Positions 1 through 10,529 of a stretch of DNA of 64,000 bases are shown in pieces. Every line of letters begins with the position of its first letter. The first letter of the stretch is position 1. A model generated the notes under the pieces. It was not told where the DNA came from, ran no database searches, and saw only the letters and a program-made list of their open reading frames with translations. Origin of the DNA: Bdellovibrionales bacterium (GTDB lineage: Bacteria > Bdellovibrionota > Bdellovibrionia > Bdellovibrionales > UBA1609); contig JAIBAM010000009.1 of NCBI GenBank assembly GCA_019695175.1, positions 1,235 through 65,234 on the forward strand, given 5' to 3'. Position numbers and translations under genes: made by a program.

Positions 1-228
1 CAGAGCATTTATCCAATGTGGCGAGCTGGGAAGAAGTTTGATTCCCTGCGTGTCGCCATTCGCTCTCCGAATGATGCGCAGGTGCAAATCAGCTCCAAAG
101 TTCAACCCACCTTAAAGCAAATCAACGCGTATCTTCGCGCTCACAAATTGAAAAAGGCCGCAGCAAATCAGGACAATCATTTTCAAGCCTTAAAACACCG
201 TTTGTATGAAGAGCTGAAAGACAAATAA
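1..228 (+). CDS. 3' end of an unidentified protein-coding gene entering from the left window edge
   Basis: Frame 1 is open from base 1 (QSIYPMW...) to TAA at 226-228. No recognisable motif in the C-terminal ~75 residues. Confidence 0.4.
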   Translation, partial: QSIYPMWRAGKKFDSLRVAIRSPNDAQVQISSKVQPTLKQINAYLRAHKLKKAAANQDNHFQALKHRLYEELKDK

Positions 229-459
229 GCTTTACCGAAATACAAGATCCAAGAAAAATTGGATTTGAAGAGCAAAGAGTTTAACTTCGAGGACAACCTT
301 GATGAGTTCGTCGCCGTTAAGTATACACTTAATGTTGTGTGTCTGACGCGAACTTGTCATCTGGATTCCTTTCGTTAGAATTTAAAATAGTTCGCTCACA
401 AAAGAGCAGTACCAATAGCGAGTGTAAGATTCCCATTCGGCTAGAGCTTTGAAATTGTC

Positions 460-1341
460 TCAGGCTGGTTTTGCTGCAAAAGGAGTTAGCACAGTTTTTG
501 ACTCTTCTAAATCATCCTTAAAGCTATCCACAAACTTTAAAACTATAGGTGCTATCTCATGGGCTAGACTTCGAATCATCAGATGATCCCCTGATAAAAA
601 AGAAATATGCTCACTGAAGGGAACCATGTGCTGATAGCTTCTTAAGTCTTTTTCATTAAAAAGTTTATCCTTACATCCCGTCATGAGTAAAAGAGGAATG
701 CAGTGATCTCTTAACTGTCCCGACCAATAAGTCCAGTCCTCATTTTGCACTACCCACGAAAATCTTTGCGTGACCCTCTGAATCAAATTTAGTTTTTTTT
801 CTGACCAACTTTCCTGATCTAAAACATTATTAAATGAAAATCCAAATATCTCACCCAAATCCATCATAAGCTCTCGACCCAATTTGGTTTTTAAAAACAA
901 AGGAAGAGCTCCAGGAACCATATTTAAACCAAAAAGCATTCTTAATTGTGCGCTTTTTAAGGTGGGCAAAGGATCCAAAGGCATGGGATTTATCATAACA
1001 TGCCCCCTCACTAAGCTTTGAAAATGAGCTCTTAAACCCCAACTTAAAGTAGCTCCGTAACTCGTACCCACAATAACAAGTGGTTCTCTGTTTAAATTAA
1101 TTTTATTTATTAACTCTGCCAAAACTTCAACTTGTTTTGAGAAGGACAAGGACTTTTCCGTCGTAAAAAGTGAATTCAAGTTGGGAATGATGACTCTGTG
1201 ATTATCTACCAGGTAAGGCCAAAAATGTTGCCAATCAAAGGGACTGCCCCCATAACCATGAAGCAGTAGAGTTAAGACCCCAGTCTTTCCTCGATAAAAA
1301 ACTTTAAACTCATTGGACCCAATTTGAACTCGCTCCATCAT
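460..1341 (-). CDS. alpha/beta-fold hydrolase
   Basis: Has the LLLHGYGGSPFDW oxyanion-type HG motif and a GTSYGA nucleophile elbow (G-x-S-x-G). The track ORF starts at TTG 1365; I prefer the tandem ATG ATG at 1341/1338. Confidence 0.75.
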   Translation of the reverse strand: MMERVQIGSNEFKVFYRGKTGVLTLLLHGYGGSPFDWQHFWPYLVDNHRVIIPNLNSLFTTEKSLSFSKQVEVLAELINKINLNREPLVIVGTSYGATLSWGLRAHFQSLVRGHVMINPMPLDPLPTLKSAQLRMLFGLNMVPGALPLFLKTKLGRELMMDLGEIFGFSFNNVLDQESWSEKKLNLIQRVTQRFSWVVQNEDWTYWSGQLRDHCIPLLLMTGCKDKLFNEKDLRSYQHMVPFSEHISFLSGDHLMIRSLAHEIAPIVLKFVDSFKDDLEESKTVLTPFAAKPA

Positions 1342-1638
1342 GAATTTTTTTTCGAGACCCCGCAAAGTTATTTTATTATTCTTTTCACCTCCTTCCGTAT
1401 CGGAACTCCATACAAAGACAAATAGAATAAAAAGAAATTTTGCTATCTTAGTTATTTATTTTAAAATTTTGTCTCAATATGAAACATTATAGTAATAATT
1501 AATGTGTGGACTTCGAAAGCTTGCATTCTTAAATTCTCCAGCACAAACAGCAAATTTTTTTAGAAAAAAAGTAAAAATAAAAAATTTATTGAATAATACT
1601 TGAATTCATTTGCAATTAATTTAGATTTCTCCCCCAAA

Positions 1639-1647
1639 GGGGGGGGG
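1639..1647 (+). repeat. G9 homopolymer (preceded by C5-AAA) one base upstream of the ATG at 1649
   Basis: Direct reading of ctcccccaaagggggggggcATG. C5 (1631-1635) can pair with five of the nine G. Confidence 0.9.
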
Positions 1648-1648
1648 C

Positions 1649-3529
1649 ATGAAAAAAATTAATTTTTCGTCGAAAACCAATAATCTTAAAGGGAATAGAT
1701 CATTTGTTCAAAAAGCTATGGTATCAGTCTTAAGTTTGGTAACGCTGATCCATGTTGAGTCCAAAGCCCAACTCGCAGACTCAAAAAGGAATGTTATTCA
1801 GAATCAGCAAATCACCCAACTAGCAACGATCCGGGATGTTTTTAAAGGTGGGTATGCTCCCACTGTATGGAAAGAATCTTATATCTCAGGATGGTCACTT
1901 GATTCGGCATACGAAAAAGCAGAAAAGTCTCTATTGGAGTGCGATTCATACTGCAGTCCAAAACAATATCAAAAAATTTTAAAAGATTTTTTTGCTTATA
2001 TGAAAGACTATCATGTTGGGATTATTTTTAATTCCAGCGAAAGGGCATCTCTTCCTTTCACAGCTAAAAAATTTGGTGATAAATACTACATCGTTTATGT
2101 AGACACCTCTTTACTTTCAAACTCCGCATATCCCATAAACGTGGGCGATGAATTGGTTTTATTTAATGGAGAAAACCCTGAAGAGGAGGTTAAAAAAATT
2201 GTAAGTGAAATTACCTCTGGTAAAGCTTTAACAGATCACTCTCTAAGTGAGCTTCGGCTTACTAGGAGATCTGCAGCTCTAGGCATGGAAGTACCCAAAG
2301 GTTCTGCTACTATTCAGATTAGAAAAGATGACTCTACATTACGCTCCTATCAACTTTCCTGGAACTATGTGGAAGACCCTCTAAGAGAGGAATCTTTTCA
2401 TGCAAGTTCTGCTTCCGGTAAACCTTTAACATTACTGGAACAAATTGAAAAAAAAGCGCAGATGCTCTGGACCCCTTATTTAGCAGAACCAGAGCAAAGT
2501 TCTACCGCTGGAGCACCAATAAACCCCTACGGTGTTGGCTCCCCTGTGAGTTATGTCCCTTTTCTTGGAAAAAAAATCACCCAAGTCGATAGCAAGTTTT
2601 TCTTCAACTATATCTTCGACCTGCCGCAAGCAGACAAAAATTCGAGGAAAATAATTGGTTTTATACGTATCCCCCATTATAGCGGTGGTGCAGAACAGGT
2701 AGCTGAATTCAAAAAAATAATTCAATTTTTTGAAGATAGAACTGACGGTCTAATCATAGATCAAATTAACAATCCCGGGGGATCAGTTTTTTATCTTTAT
2801 GCCTTAGCATCTCTTCTATCTAATAATCAGGCGTTAACTACACCACTCCACCAAGTAAAAGTAAGTAGTGAGCTTGCTCATGATGCCGCTAATGCCCTAG
2901 ATGAGCTTAAAGATATAACTTCTGAGGGTGATGTTAAGAAGGTAATGGGAGAAAATCCACAATTGGGTGGTTATCCAGTTAATTTACAGACAATTACTTT
3001 TATAAAGAAATACTACAAAACTATAATCGATACATGGAAAACCAGCCAAAAGATAAGAGAGAATGGTGAAACACCACTTACTGAACCCATTCCTCTTTAT
3101 ATTGATCAGATTAACCCAAACGCCGAAGTTAGTTATTCTAAACCTATTTTATTGTTAATCAACGAACTTGACTTTTCAGGCGGTGATTTCTTTCCTGCCA
3201 TAATGCAGGACAATAAACGAGCTACCCTTTTAGGAATGAATACAGCGGGAGCTGGTGGATTTATCAACTCAGTCGATGTTCCAAACAATACTTTTGGGGT
3301 TTCTAAATATTCTTTCACAGGATCCTTGGCTAAAAGAACCACATTGGATGGACAACCTCCCTTAGAAAACTTGGGAATAAGACCCGACGTTGAGTACAGC
3401 CCCACGGAAGAGGACATTTCTAGCCAGACCTTTCCAAAGGGAGCCTACATTAATTATCAAATGAAAATCATTAACCAGATTGAAAGACTTATCAACAGTA
3501 CAAATGGTGATTCCTTTTCGAATCCATAA
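1649..3529 (+). CDS. secreted S41-family (C-terminal processing/CPAF-like) peptidase
   Basis: IIDQINNPGGSVFY matches the S41 D-x-R-x-N-x-GG-type motif. LLINELDFSGGDFF occupies the serine-region position. N-terminal hydrophobic signal segment VSVLSLVTLIHVESKA. Confidence 0.65.
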   Translation: MKKINFSSKTNNLKGNRSFVQKAMVSVLSLVTLIHVESKAQLADSKRNVIQNQQITQLATIRDVFKGGYAPTVWKESYISGWSLDSAYEKAEKSLLECDSYCSPKQYQKILKDFFAYMKDYHVGIIFNSSERASLPFTAKKFGDKYYIVYVDTSLLSNSAYPINVGDELVLFNGENPEEEVKKIVSEITSGKALTDHSLSELRLTRRSAALGMEVPKGSATIQIRKDDSTLRSYQLSWNYVEDPLREESFHASSASGKPLTLLEQIEKKAQMLWTPYLAEPEQSSTAGAPINPYGVGSPVSYVPFLGKKITQVDSKFFFNYIFDLPQADKNSRKIIGFIRIPHYSGGAEQVAEFKKIIQFFEDRTDGLIIDQINNPGGSVFYLYALASLLSNNQALTTPLHQVKVSSELAHDAANALDELKDITSEGDVKKVMGENPQLGGYPVNLQTITFIKKYYKTIIDTWKTSQKIRENGETPLTEPIPLYIDQINPNAEVSYSKPILLLINELDFSGGDFFPAIMQDNKRATLLGMNTAGAGGFINSVDVPNNTFGVSKYSFTGSLAKRTTLDGQPPLENLGIRPDVEYSPTEEDISSQTFPKGAYINYQMKIINQIERLINSTNGDSFSNP

Positions 3530-3588
3530 ACTGCAAAGGTTAATACTGGAGCCTACTTGCAACCGACATCACCCAACTAAACCTGTCA

Positions 3589-4029
3589 TTAAATGACTTG
3601 TTTTACTGCCTCGGTCAAAGAATTGAACCGAGGCTTTTTTTTGTTAATTGAAAAATCAATACGTTTGGCAAATGCATCGAGCAAAATATAAATATCTTTT
3701 GTTTTTTCATCAAAACCTAATTTCTTAGACAATAAGAAAAGAGCCTCCAACCAGTCCTCTAAAGAATAGTTTGCTGCAGCAACATGCTTTAGCAAAAAAT
3801 CAAATGGAAGCTCATGAGGTCTACTTTTCAATGATTCAGAAAAAATTTCACACATCCACTTTAATTGATGTGGACTTTGCACTGAATCGGTTAACTGCTG
3901 TATCTCACCATCTGTCATCTGAGCAAAAGCCGGATCATGAATTGTTTTTTGTAAAATAGTTTTCCAATCTGCCAAACTGTGTTGAGTTTTTTTATTGAGT
4001 TTGAATGCTAACAAATGGAGATCAATCAT
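3589..4029 (-). CDS. hypothetical protein translationally coupled to metH
   Basis: The internal ATG at 4029 forms an ATGA overlap with the metH stop (4026-4028). About 146 aa, with no recognisable motif. The track ORF extends to 4062 inside metH. Confidence 0.5.
   Translation of the reverse strand: MIDLHLLAFKLNKKTQHSLADWKTILQKTIHDPAFAQMTDGEIQQLTDSVQSPHQLKWMCEIFSESLKSRPHELPFDFLLKHVAAANYSLEDWLEALFLLSKKLGFDEKTKDIYILLDAFAKRIDFSINKKKPRFNSLTEAVKQVI
3608..3642 (+). terminator. Rho-independent terminator downstream of the S41-like peptidase gene
   Basis: 8-bp stem GCCTCGGT/ACCGAGGC with an 11-nt loop, followed by T8 (3635-3642). Lies about 80 nt after the stop at 3529 and overlaps the last codons of the convergent ORF 3589-4029. 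Confidence 0.65.
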
Positions 4030-7000
4030 TTTGAGATATATCCTAAATTGGGTTGCAGCCATCGTTCCGCTTGTCTTTGCGTAATCCCTTTTCTTTGCGC
4101 GTAATCTTTGATTTGATCTTCAAAAATGGATCCCACCATAAAATATTTTGCTTGGGGATGAAAAAAATAAAAACCAGAAACGGAACTGGCCGGCGTCATG
4201 GCAAAGCTCTCAGTTAATTTCACTGCAATATTTTCCTCCACACTAAGCAGTTTCCAAATTGTAGCTTTCTCTGTGTGATCTGGACAAGCGGGATAACCAG
4301 GGGCCGGTCGGATACCGCGATATTTTTCATCTAATAAGTCCTCAATTCTTGGTAAAGAAAGTGCTCTTTCATAACCACACATTTGTCTTGCTTTCCAATG
4401 TAACAACTCTGCAAATGCCTCGACCAGACGATCTCCCAACGCCTTTACCATAATCGATCCAAAATCATCGTGAGAGTCCTTGAGCTCTTTAGCAAGATTT
4501 TCCACGCCAGAACCCATGGTCACACAAAACAACCCTAAACAGTCCTTTTTTTTCATTTCCGCTGGACAAATAAAGTCAGATAAACAGTATTTGTTACCCT
4601 TATTGTTTTTATGGCTTTGTTGTCTTAAAAAATAAAACCTATCCAAAGTCTTTTTAGGGTGGTCTGGGTCAAATATCACGACATCGTCACCATCGGATTG
4701 GGCCGGAAAAAATCCAAACACCCCTTGGGGGGAGAATGATTTTTTATTCAAAATCATTTGTAAATATTGATCTGCTTCTAGCTTCAGCTCCATGGCTTGA
4801 GCTCCATGTCGTGGATGACGCAATATCTCTGGATAAAGCCCTTTCAGTTCCCAAGCCCAGAAAAGAGGAGACCAATCCATAAATGGAAGCAACTGATCCA
4901 AAGTCACATTTGAAAGCATTTGCACACCAAAAACATCTGGTTTTGCAAGTTCTATTTCATTCCAATCGGTATGGTATTTTTGTTTACGAGCCTCTTTAAG
5001 AGAAACAAAATTTTGATCCAGATTTTGTTGGGCTTCATAGTGTTTTTGAATCTCCCGATAGGATTTTCTCATTTCCGAAACATACTCTTCGCCAGTTTTT
5101 GAATTTTTTATTTGAGTACAAACTTCGGTTACCAAGGAAGCGTCTGAAACATGAAAAATCGGTCCCGAGTAATGAGGGGCAATTTTTACTGCTGTATGAG
5201 TCCGACTTGTAGTAGCACCCCCAATGAGCAATGGAATCTTCAACTTTAATCGTTCCATTTCTTTCGCATTGTAAATCATTTCATCCAATGAGGGGGTTAT
5301 CAATCCACTCAAACCAATAAAATCCACTTGGTGTGAATGAGCTGCAGCAACAATGGTATCCATAGCAACCATAACCCCAAGATCAATGACCTGATAGCCA
5401 TTACAACTCAGAACCACACTGACTATATTCTTTCCAATATCGTGTACATCTCCTTTTACAGTGGCAAGAAGTACCTTTCCTTGCGAAGTAGTGACACCTA
5501 GTGAGGATTCTTCTTTAAGATTCATGTATGGCTCAAGCCAGGCCACAGCCTTTTTCATTACACGTGCTGATTTCACCACCTGAGGGAGAAACATTTTCCC
5601 CGAACCAAAAAGTTCCCCCACTTCCTTCATTCCATCCATGAGTGGTCCTTCTATGATTTGCAACGGAGATCTGAGGGTGTTAAAAATTTCCTCAATATCT
5701 TCATTCACATATTGATCGATGCCTTTCACCATGGAGTGGATTAGTCTTTTTTTCACATCCTGATCACGCCAACGCAAATCAGTTTTAATTTTGTTGATGC
5801 CTTCGTTGGATTTAAATTGAGTGGCAGACTCAAGCAGTCGTTCTGTGGCCTCTGGAAATCGATTTAAAAGAACATCTTCGACTCGTTCTTTAAGGAGTGG
5901 GGGAATTTCTTCATAAACAGTAATCATTCCAGCGTTGATAATCGCCATATCCAAACCCGCCTGAATGGCATGATACAAAAAAAGCGAGTGCATGGCTTCT
6001 CGAACAACATTTTGACCACGAAAGCTGAAGGAAATATTACTCACTCCACCGCTGATTCTACAATGGGGCAATTGACTCTTAATAGTTCTCACTGCATTTA
6101 TAAAATCCAGGGCATAATTATTATGTTCTTCCAGTCCTGTCGCCACAGTGAGAATATTTGGATCAAAAATAATATCTGTTGGATCAAAATTTAATTTTTC
6201 TGTAAGCAATCGGTAGGCTCGGGAACAAATTCTTACTTTATCATCATGGGAGGTTGCCTGCCCTTTTTCATCAAAAGCCATGACGATAACAGCAGCCCCC
6301 AATCTTTGCACCAACTGGGCTTGTTGGAGAAAAACTTCCTCTCCTTCCTTTAAACTAATTGAATTTACAATTCCCTTACCCTGCATGCACTTTAAACCGG
6401 CCAACAAAACACTCCACTTGGATGAGTCTATAACGAATGGGATTTTTGCAATTTCAGGTTCTGTGGCTAATATATTAAGAAACTGCTCCATGAACTTTTT
6501 GGAGTCGATCATTCCTTCATCAAAATTAATATCTAATAAATTAGCTCCACTTAAAACTTGTTGTCGAGCCACTTCCACGGCTTGATGGATCTGACCCTCA
6601 CGTACCAAACGAGAAAAAAGGGGTGACCCAGTGACGTTCGTTCTTTCACCAATAACTAAAAATGGTGCTTCTTTACTTAAGGGGGATACTAATGGTTCCA
6701 AGCCGGCAAGACAGGTGGCCAAAGGTTTTTGTGGAATGGATCTAGGAAGAAATTCCCTCATTTTACTCTGCACCTGGAGTATATGATCTGGCGTGGTTCC
6801 ACAACACCCGCCCACTAAATTTACTAACCCATCGCGAGCGAACTCTCCCAGCAAGTGGGCCGTATATTCTGGCTTTTCATCATATCCGGTTTCACTGAGC
6901 GGATTGGGCAGACCGGCATTGGGATAGCAAGCGACATAGCAATCCGCCCAACGACTTAGCACTTCTAGGTGAGGTCTCATTTCCGTAGCCCCCAGAGCAC

Positions 7001-7817
7001 AATTCAACCCCACTGCAAGAGGACGAGCATGACGCACAGACCACCAAAAAGCTTCCAAAGTTTGACCAGCTAAGGTTCTCCCAGTTTTATCTGTCATTGT
7101 CACAGAGAGCATCAGAGGAACACGTTCACCTCTAAGTTCAAACACTTCTTCAATCGCAAAGAGAGCGGCTTTAAGATTTAAAGTATCAAAGGTGGTTTCA
7201 GGGAGTAACAAATCAACTCCACCTTCCATTAATCCATTCACTTGCTCTTTATAGGCTTCTACCAATTCATCAAAAGTAATATTTCGAAAGGAAGGATTGT
7301 TCACATCCGGAGACATGGAAGCCGTTCGATTGGTCGGACCTATGGAACCTGCCACAAACCCTCTACGTGTGGGATTTTTTTTTTCAAAACGTAAGACCGC
7401 TCGGTTGGCAATCCGAGCTGCCTCTACATTCATTTGATAAACCAGACCTTCACAGCCAAAATCAGCTTGTGCAATTTGCGTGGCATTAAAAGTATTAGTT
7501 TCAATGAGGTCCGCCCCAGCATCTAAATAATTATAATGTATTTCTTCTATGAGTTCGGGTTGACTGAGAACTAACAAATCATTATTGCCTTTTTGCGAAG
7601 GAAAACCTTTTTTATAATTTTCCTTTTTGTGATTTTCTCTTTGAGGAAAGGATTGCCAATCCAAAGCTCCAACATATTTTTCTTCTGTCAGTTTATAGCG
7701 TTGAATCATGGTCCCCATAGCACCATCTAAAATCACAATTCTTTGTTGCAAAAGCGCGACCAATTCCTTGCCACGACGGGCAAAGTTTTGTTTTTGATTC
7801 CAATCAATTAAATTCAT
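4026..7817 (-). CDS. metH: cobalamin-dependent methionine synthase
   Basis: 1263 aa with four recognisable domains: an N-terminal homocysteine-binding domain ([19 protein letters not shown]), a pterin-binding domain, a B12-binding region ([12 protein letters not shown]-x-H-x-x-G) and a C-terminal AdoMet activation domain. Confidence 0.97.
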   Translation of the reverse strand: MNLIDWNQKQNFARRGKELVALLQQRIVILDGAMGTMIQRYKLTEEKYVGALDWQSFPQRENHKKENYKKGFPSQKGNNDLLVLSQPELIEEIHYNYLDAGADLIETNTFNATQIAQADFGCEGLVYQMNVEAARIANRAVLRFEKKNPTRRGFVAGSIGPTNRTASMSPDVNNPSFRNITFDELVEAYKEQVNGLMEGGVDLLLPETTFDTLNLKAALFAIEEVFELRGERVPLMLSVTMTDKTGRTLAGQTLEAFWWSVRHARPLAVGLNCALGATEMRPHLEVLSRWADCYVACYPNAGLPNPLSETGYDEKPEYTAHLLGEFARDGLVNLVGGCCGTTPDHILQVQSKMREFLPRSIPQKPLATCLAGLEPLVSPLSKEAPFLVIGERTNVTGSPLFSRLVREGQIHQAVEVARQQVLSGANLLDINFDEGMIDSKKFMEQFLNILATEPEIAKIPFVIDSSKWSVLLAGLKCMQGKGIVNSISLKEGEEVFLQQAQLVQRLGAAVIVMAFDEKGQATSHDDKVRICSRAYRLLTEKLNFDPTDIIFDPNILTVATGLEEHNNYALDFINAVRTIKSQLPHCRISGGVSNISFSFRGQNVVREAMHSLFLYHAIQAGLDMAIINAGMITVYEEIPPLLKERVEDVLLNRFPEATERLLESATQFKSNEGINKIKTDLRWRDQDVKKRLIHSMVKGIDQYVNEDIEEIFNTLRSPLQIIEGPLMDGMKEVGELFGSGKMFLPQVVKSARVMKKAVAWLEPYMNLKEESSLGVTTSQGKVLLATVKGDVHDIGKNIVSVVLSCNGYQVIDLGVMVAMDTIVAAAHSHQVDFIGLSGLITPSLDEMIYNAKEMERLKLKIPLLIGGATTSRTHTAVKIAPHYSGPIFHVSDASLVTEVCTQIKNSKTGEEYVSEMRKSYREIQKHYEAQQNLDQNFVSLKEARKQKYHTDWNEIELAKPDVFGVQMLSNVTLDQLLPFMDWSPLFWAWELKGLYPEILRHPRHGAQAMELKLEADQYLQMILNKKSFSPQGVFGFFPAQSDGDDVVIFDPDHPKKTLDRFYFLRQQSHKNNKGNKYCLSDFICPAEMKKKDCLGLFCVTMGSGVENLAKELKDSHDDFGSIMVKALGDRLVEAFAELLHWKARQMCGYERALSLPRIEDLLDEKYRGIRPAPGYPACPDHTEKATIWKLLSVEENIAVKLTESFAMTPASSVSGFYFFHPQAKYFMVGSIFEDQIKDYAQRKGITQRQAERWLQPNLGYISK

Positions 7818-9711
7818 TTATAACTTCCAATGCAATATCAATTTTATTAAAGGGGGCACTGACCTGAAAGCCAGCAACTAATGGTTTAGTTTTAGACATT
7901 GTCTCAAGGGCAATTTCCAAACCTTGACGAATAGCATCTTCTTTTATGTCTCCAGCTTTTTCCATTTTTTCAATAACCCAATCAGGAACGGAAACACCTG
8001 GAACTTCATTTTTTAGAAACTCGGCATTTCGCAAGCTAACTAAGGGCCATATCCCCATGATGATAGGTATTTGAATTGGACCCAATGCCATAAGAAAATT
8101 TTTAAAAGCCTCCACATCATAAATGGGCTGTGTCATTATAAAATCAGCGCCGGCTTCAATTTTATAACGCAAGCGTTTGATTTCCAATTCTTGATTGTTT
8201 GCGGTTGGGTTTAGGGCCACGCCAATCACAAATTGGGTGGGCTCCCCAAAACTAGAGCCGCCCAGATCCAAACCCTGATTCATTTGATGAACAATGTGGG
8301 TAAGGCCAATGGCATCCACATCGTAGACTCCCGTAGCACCGGGACAATTCCCCAGTTTGGGTGGATCCCCCGTAACTAAAAGTAAGTCTCTTACTCCATT
8401 GACATGGGCCCCAAGCAAATCAGCTTGAATACCGATTAAATTTCTGTCCCTTGCTGTAAAATGAGGAATAGGTTCTAAAGAAAATTTGGATTTTAGAAAT
8501 GCAGATAAATGCAAGGAACTCATTTTTGCGACCGCCCGAGCTCCGTCCGGAATATTGACAAATTCGATGTGAGCCCTTTGCAACTTTTGGCATAAGTCTA
8601 AGAAAGAGCCTCCATCCTTGCCCCGAGGAGGAACAACTTCCACACTCAAGATCCTTTCCCCTCGAGCCAGCTTTTCCCCCAACCTCGACCTCTGAGCTAA
8701 TGGAGTCTCGGTCTTAGGCACATCACAGCCCATCTTGGTCAAACCAAACTTTTTTGGTTCTAAAAAAACAACTTGAGTTCCGGAAGTTAACTCCTTGTCT
8801 TTTACACCGTTCACTAAGGATACTTTATGCATTTTCACCGCATTAGCTATGGCTCGAATATGGGCCTCACCCACTCCCGAATGTCCACCGACTATATTAA
8901 CTCCCGCTTGAATAAATCTTTTAGTGTACTTTCCTATGTAGTCGGGATTGCACATGTAAATGTATTGATCATTAATAAGTCTTGGAAACCCCGCATTAGG
9001 TAAAAGGGAAATCCTTTTTTTTGTAAGAGGTCGCATTGTCTGTAGAGCCGTAAGCATCCCACTGGGCCCCACATCCCCCGATAAACCAATCACAGAAACA
9101 TCAAGTTCTTCCATCGCCAGTACAAACTCATGCAAACTATGACCATAATTGGTTCTTTGGTTGTCCTGTATGCCCATGTGGGCCAAAATTGGTTTTTGAG
9201 TGTGTTGCTGGATTGCTACGATGGCAGCTTTGAGCTCTTTTAAATCATGGAACCCAACCAAACTGTAACCATCTATTTTCTCTTTTTCAAAACACATCAC
9301 TGTGCTGGAAAAAAACTCCACGGCTTCTAAAAAGGAGGTGGGACCAAGGGGCTCTAGAACTCTTCCCAACGGCCCCATGCAAGCCAAAACATACAAGTCA
9401 CGTTCCTGCGCAAGACTTTGGGTAATATTGCAAGAGGCTGAAATCATCTCATTCAATTGATCCTGCAATCCATATTTAATTAATTTTGGGATATTCGCAC
9501 CAAATGTATTGGTGGAAAGCAGAACCGCCCCAGCTTTTTGAAATGAAGCGGTTGCTTCCCTTACTACCTCCGGATGAGTGAGGGAAAGCTCTTCAAAGCT
9601 TCTGTTTATATAAAATCCTCTGTCATACAGAGTCGTGGAAAGATTGCCATCAGCAACAATCACTTTATCGGATTGTTCTAAAAATTGAATTAGAGATTGA
9701 TGCTGGTCCAA
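7804..9711 (-). CDS. bifunctional homocysteine S-methyltransferase / 5,10-methylenetetrahydrofolate reductase (YitJ-like fusion)
   Basis: N-terminal half resembles a homocysteine methyltransferase domain ([11 protein letters not shown]..., NIVGGHSG). C-terminal half resembles MetF ([21 protein letters not shown]). TTG start at 9711 with AAGGGAG SD. 14-nt overlap with the metH start. Confidence 0.8.
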   Translation of the reverse strand: MDQHQSLIQFLEQSDKVIVADGNLSTTLYDRGFYINRSFEELSLTHPEVVREATASFQKAGAVLLSTNTFGANIPKLIKYGLQDQLNEMISASCNITQSLAQERDLYVLACMGPLGRVLEPLGPTSFLEAVEFFSSTVMCFEKEKIDGYSLVGFHDLKELKAAIVAIQQHTQKPILAHMGIQDNQRTNYGHSLHEFVLAMEELDVSVIGLSGDVGPSGMLTALQTMRPLTKKRISLLPNAGFPRLINDQYIYMCNPDYIGKYTKRFIQAGVNIVGGHSGVGEAHIRAIANAVKMHKVSLVNGVKDKELTSGTQVVFLEPKKFGLTKMGCDVPKTETPLAQRSRLGEKLARGERILSVEVVPPRGKDGGSFLDLCQKLQRAHIEFVNIPDGARAVAKMSSLHLSAFLKSKFSLEPIPHFTARDRNLIGIQADLLGAHVNGVRDLLLVTGDPPKLGNCPGATGVYDVDAIGLTHIVHQMNQGLDLGGSSFGEPTQFVIGVALNPTANNQELEIKRLRYKIEAGADFIMTQPIYDVEAFKNFLMALGPIQIPIIMGIWPLVSLRNAEFLKNEVPGVSVPDWVIEKMEKAGDIKEDAIRQGLEIALETMSKTKPLVAGFQVSAPFNKIDIALEVINEFN

Positions 9712-9717
9712 TGGTGT

Positions 9718-9746
9718 CTCCCTTTATCTTTAGTACCTAAAGGGAA
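9718..9746 (-). promoter_or_regulatory. hairpin sequestering the SD of the yitJ-like gene
   Basis: mRNA sense reads CCCTTTA-GGTACTAAAGA-TAAAGGG. The stem is 7 bp, extendable by one A-U and one G-U pair. Its 3' arm contains the SD AAGGGAG just upstream of TTG 9711. Confidence 0.35.
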
Positions 9747-10001
9747 CACACTTTGACAAAGGCGATAAATCAATGACATTCTGTCCCCCAAAGTATACCT
9801 CATCTGATCTCGCAAAAGTTCAATGCACAATTCTAATTTTTGCATAGAGAATGGGCGAGAGTAAGAATTTAATTGCAATAAAACTCAATATTTAAGCTAA
9901 TTAATTTGCACGGTTGATTAGTACTATAAGGTACGAGTGATCTTTGCAATATATGAATTTGTTGTTTTCCAAATGTTAATAGATTTTGAAATGGAGATCC
10001 T

Positions 10002-10529
10002 ATGGGCTTAATTCTCAAACAAATCTTTGCTTTGATAAAACTATTGAACTCAGAAACAGGAAGCAATCAAATCGCTACAGGTGTTGCTTGCGGTTTTATT
10101 CTGGGGATGACACCCTCCTTCTCCTTACAAACTCTGCTTGTTTTCCTATGCCTTTTTATTTTTCGAATTCAAATGGGTGCGGCCTTTCTTTGTGCATTCT
10201 TTTTTAAATTTGTAGCTTACCTACTAGACCCCACCTTTGATCAAATAGGCTCCATCGTCCTTGAAAGTGAAGCACTCAAACCCCTTTTTACAACTCTCTA
10301 CAACTGGCCAATTATTCCCTTGACTAGATTCAACAACACCATTGTTATGGGATCAGCGGTCATTACGACTCTACTTTCACCCCTCATTTTTATGCTCTCT
10401 CGCATTTTGATTTTTAAGTATCGCAGTCTCATTGTGGCTCGTCTTCAATCAACCAAATTTTGGAAAGCAATAAAAGCAACTTCCTTTTACCAATGGTATT
10501 ACAAATATGACCAACTCTACGGAAAATAA
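10002..10529 (+). CDS. small polytopic membrane protein, DUF2062/TIGR03546-like
   Basis: 175 aa. The segment IATGVACGFILGMTPSFSLQTLLVFL plus further hydrophobic segments looks DUF2062-like. The family assignment is from memory, not from a search. Confidence 0.5.
   Translation: MGLILKQIFALIKLLNSETGSNQIATGVACGFILGMTPSFSLQTLLVFLCLFIFRIQMGAAFLCAFFFKFVAYLLDPTFDQIGSIVLESEALKPLFTTLYNWPIIPLTRFNNTIVMGSAVITTLLSPLIFMLSRILIFKYRSLIVARLQSTKFWKAIKATSFYQWYYKYDQLYGK

Noticed and set aside
4920-6585. Plus-strand ORFs inside metH (4920-5102, 5970-6194, 6280-6585), and similar antisense ORFs inside secY, the ribosomal genes, prc, S8, the S9 peptidase and ftsH
   Set aside because: These are shadow ORFs on the opposite strand or in an alternative frame of strongly supported genes. 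They have low-complexity translations and no motifs.
9712-9990. SAM-I (S-box), cobalamin or SAH riboswitch upstream of the yitJ-like/metH operon
   Set aside because: I could not find the S-box core (GGGA...GCCC, GCAACC), a B12 box or SAH-element signatures by eye. It is therefore reported only as an unexplained structured leader. A covariance-model scan is needed.
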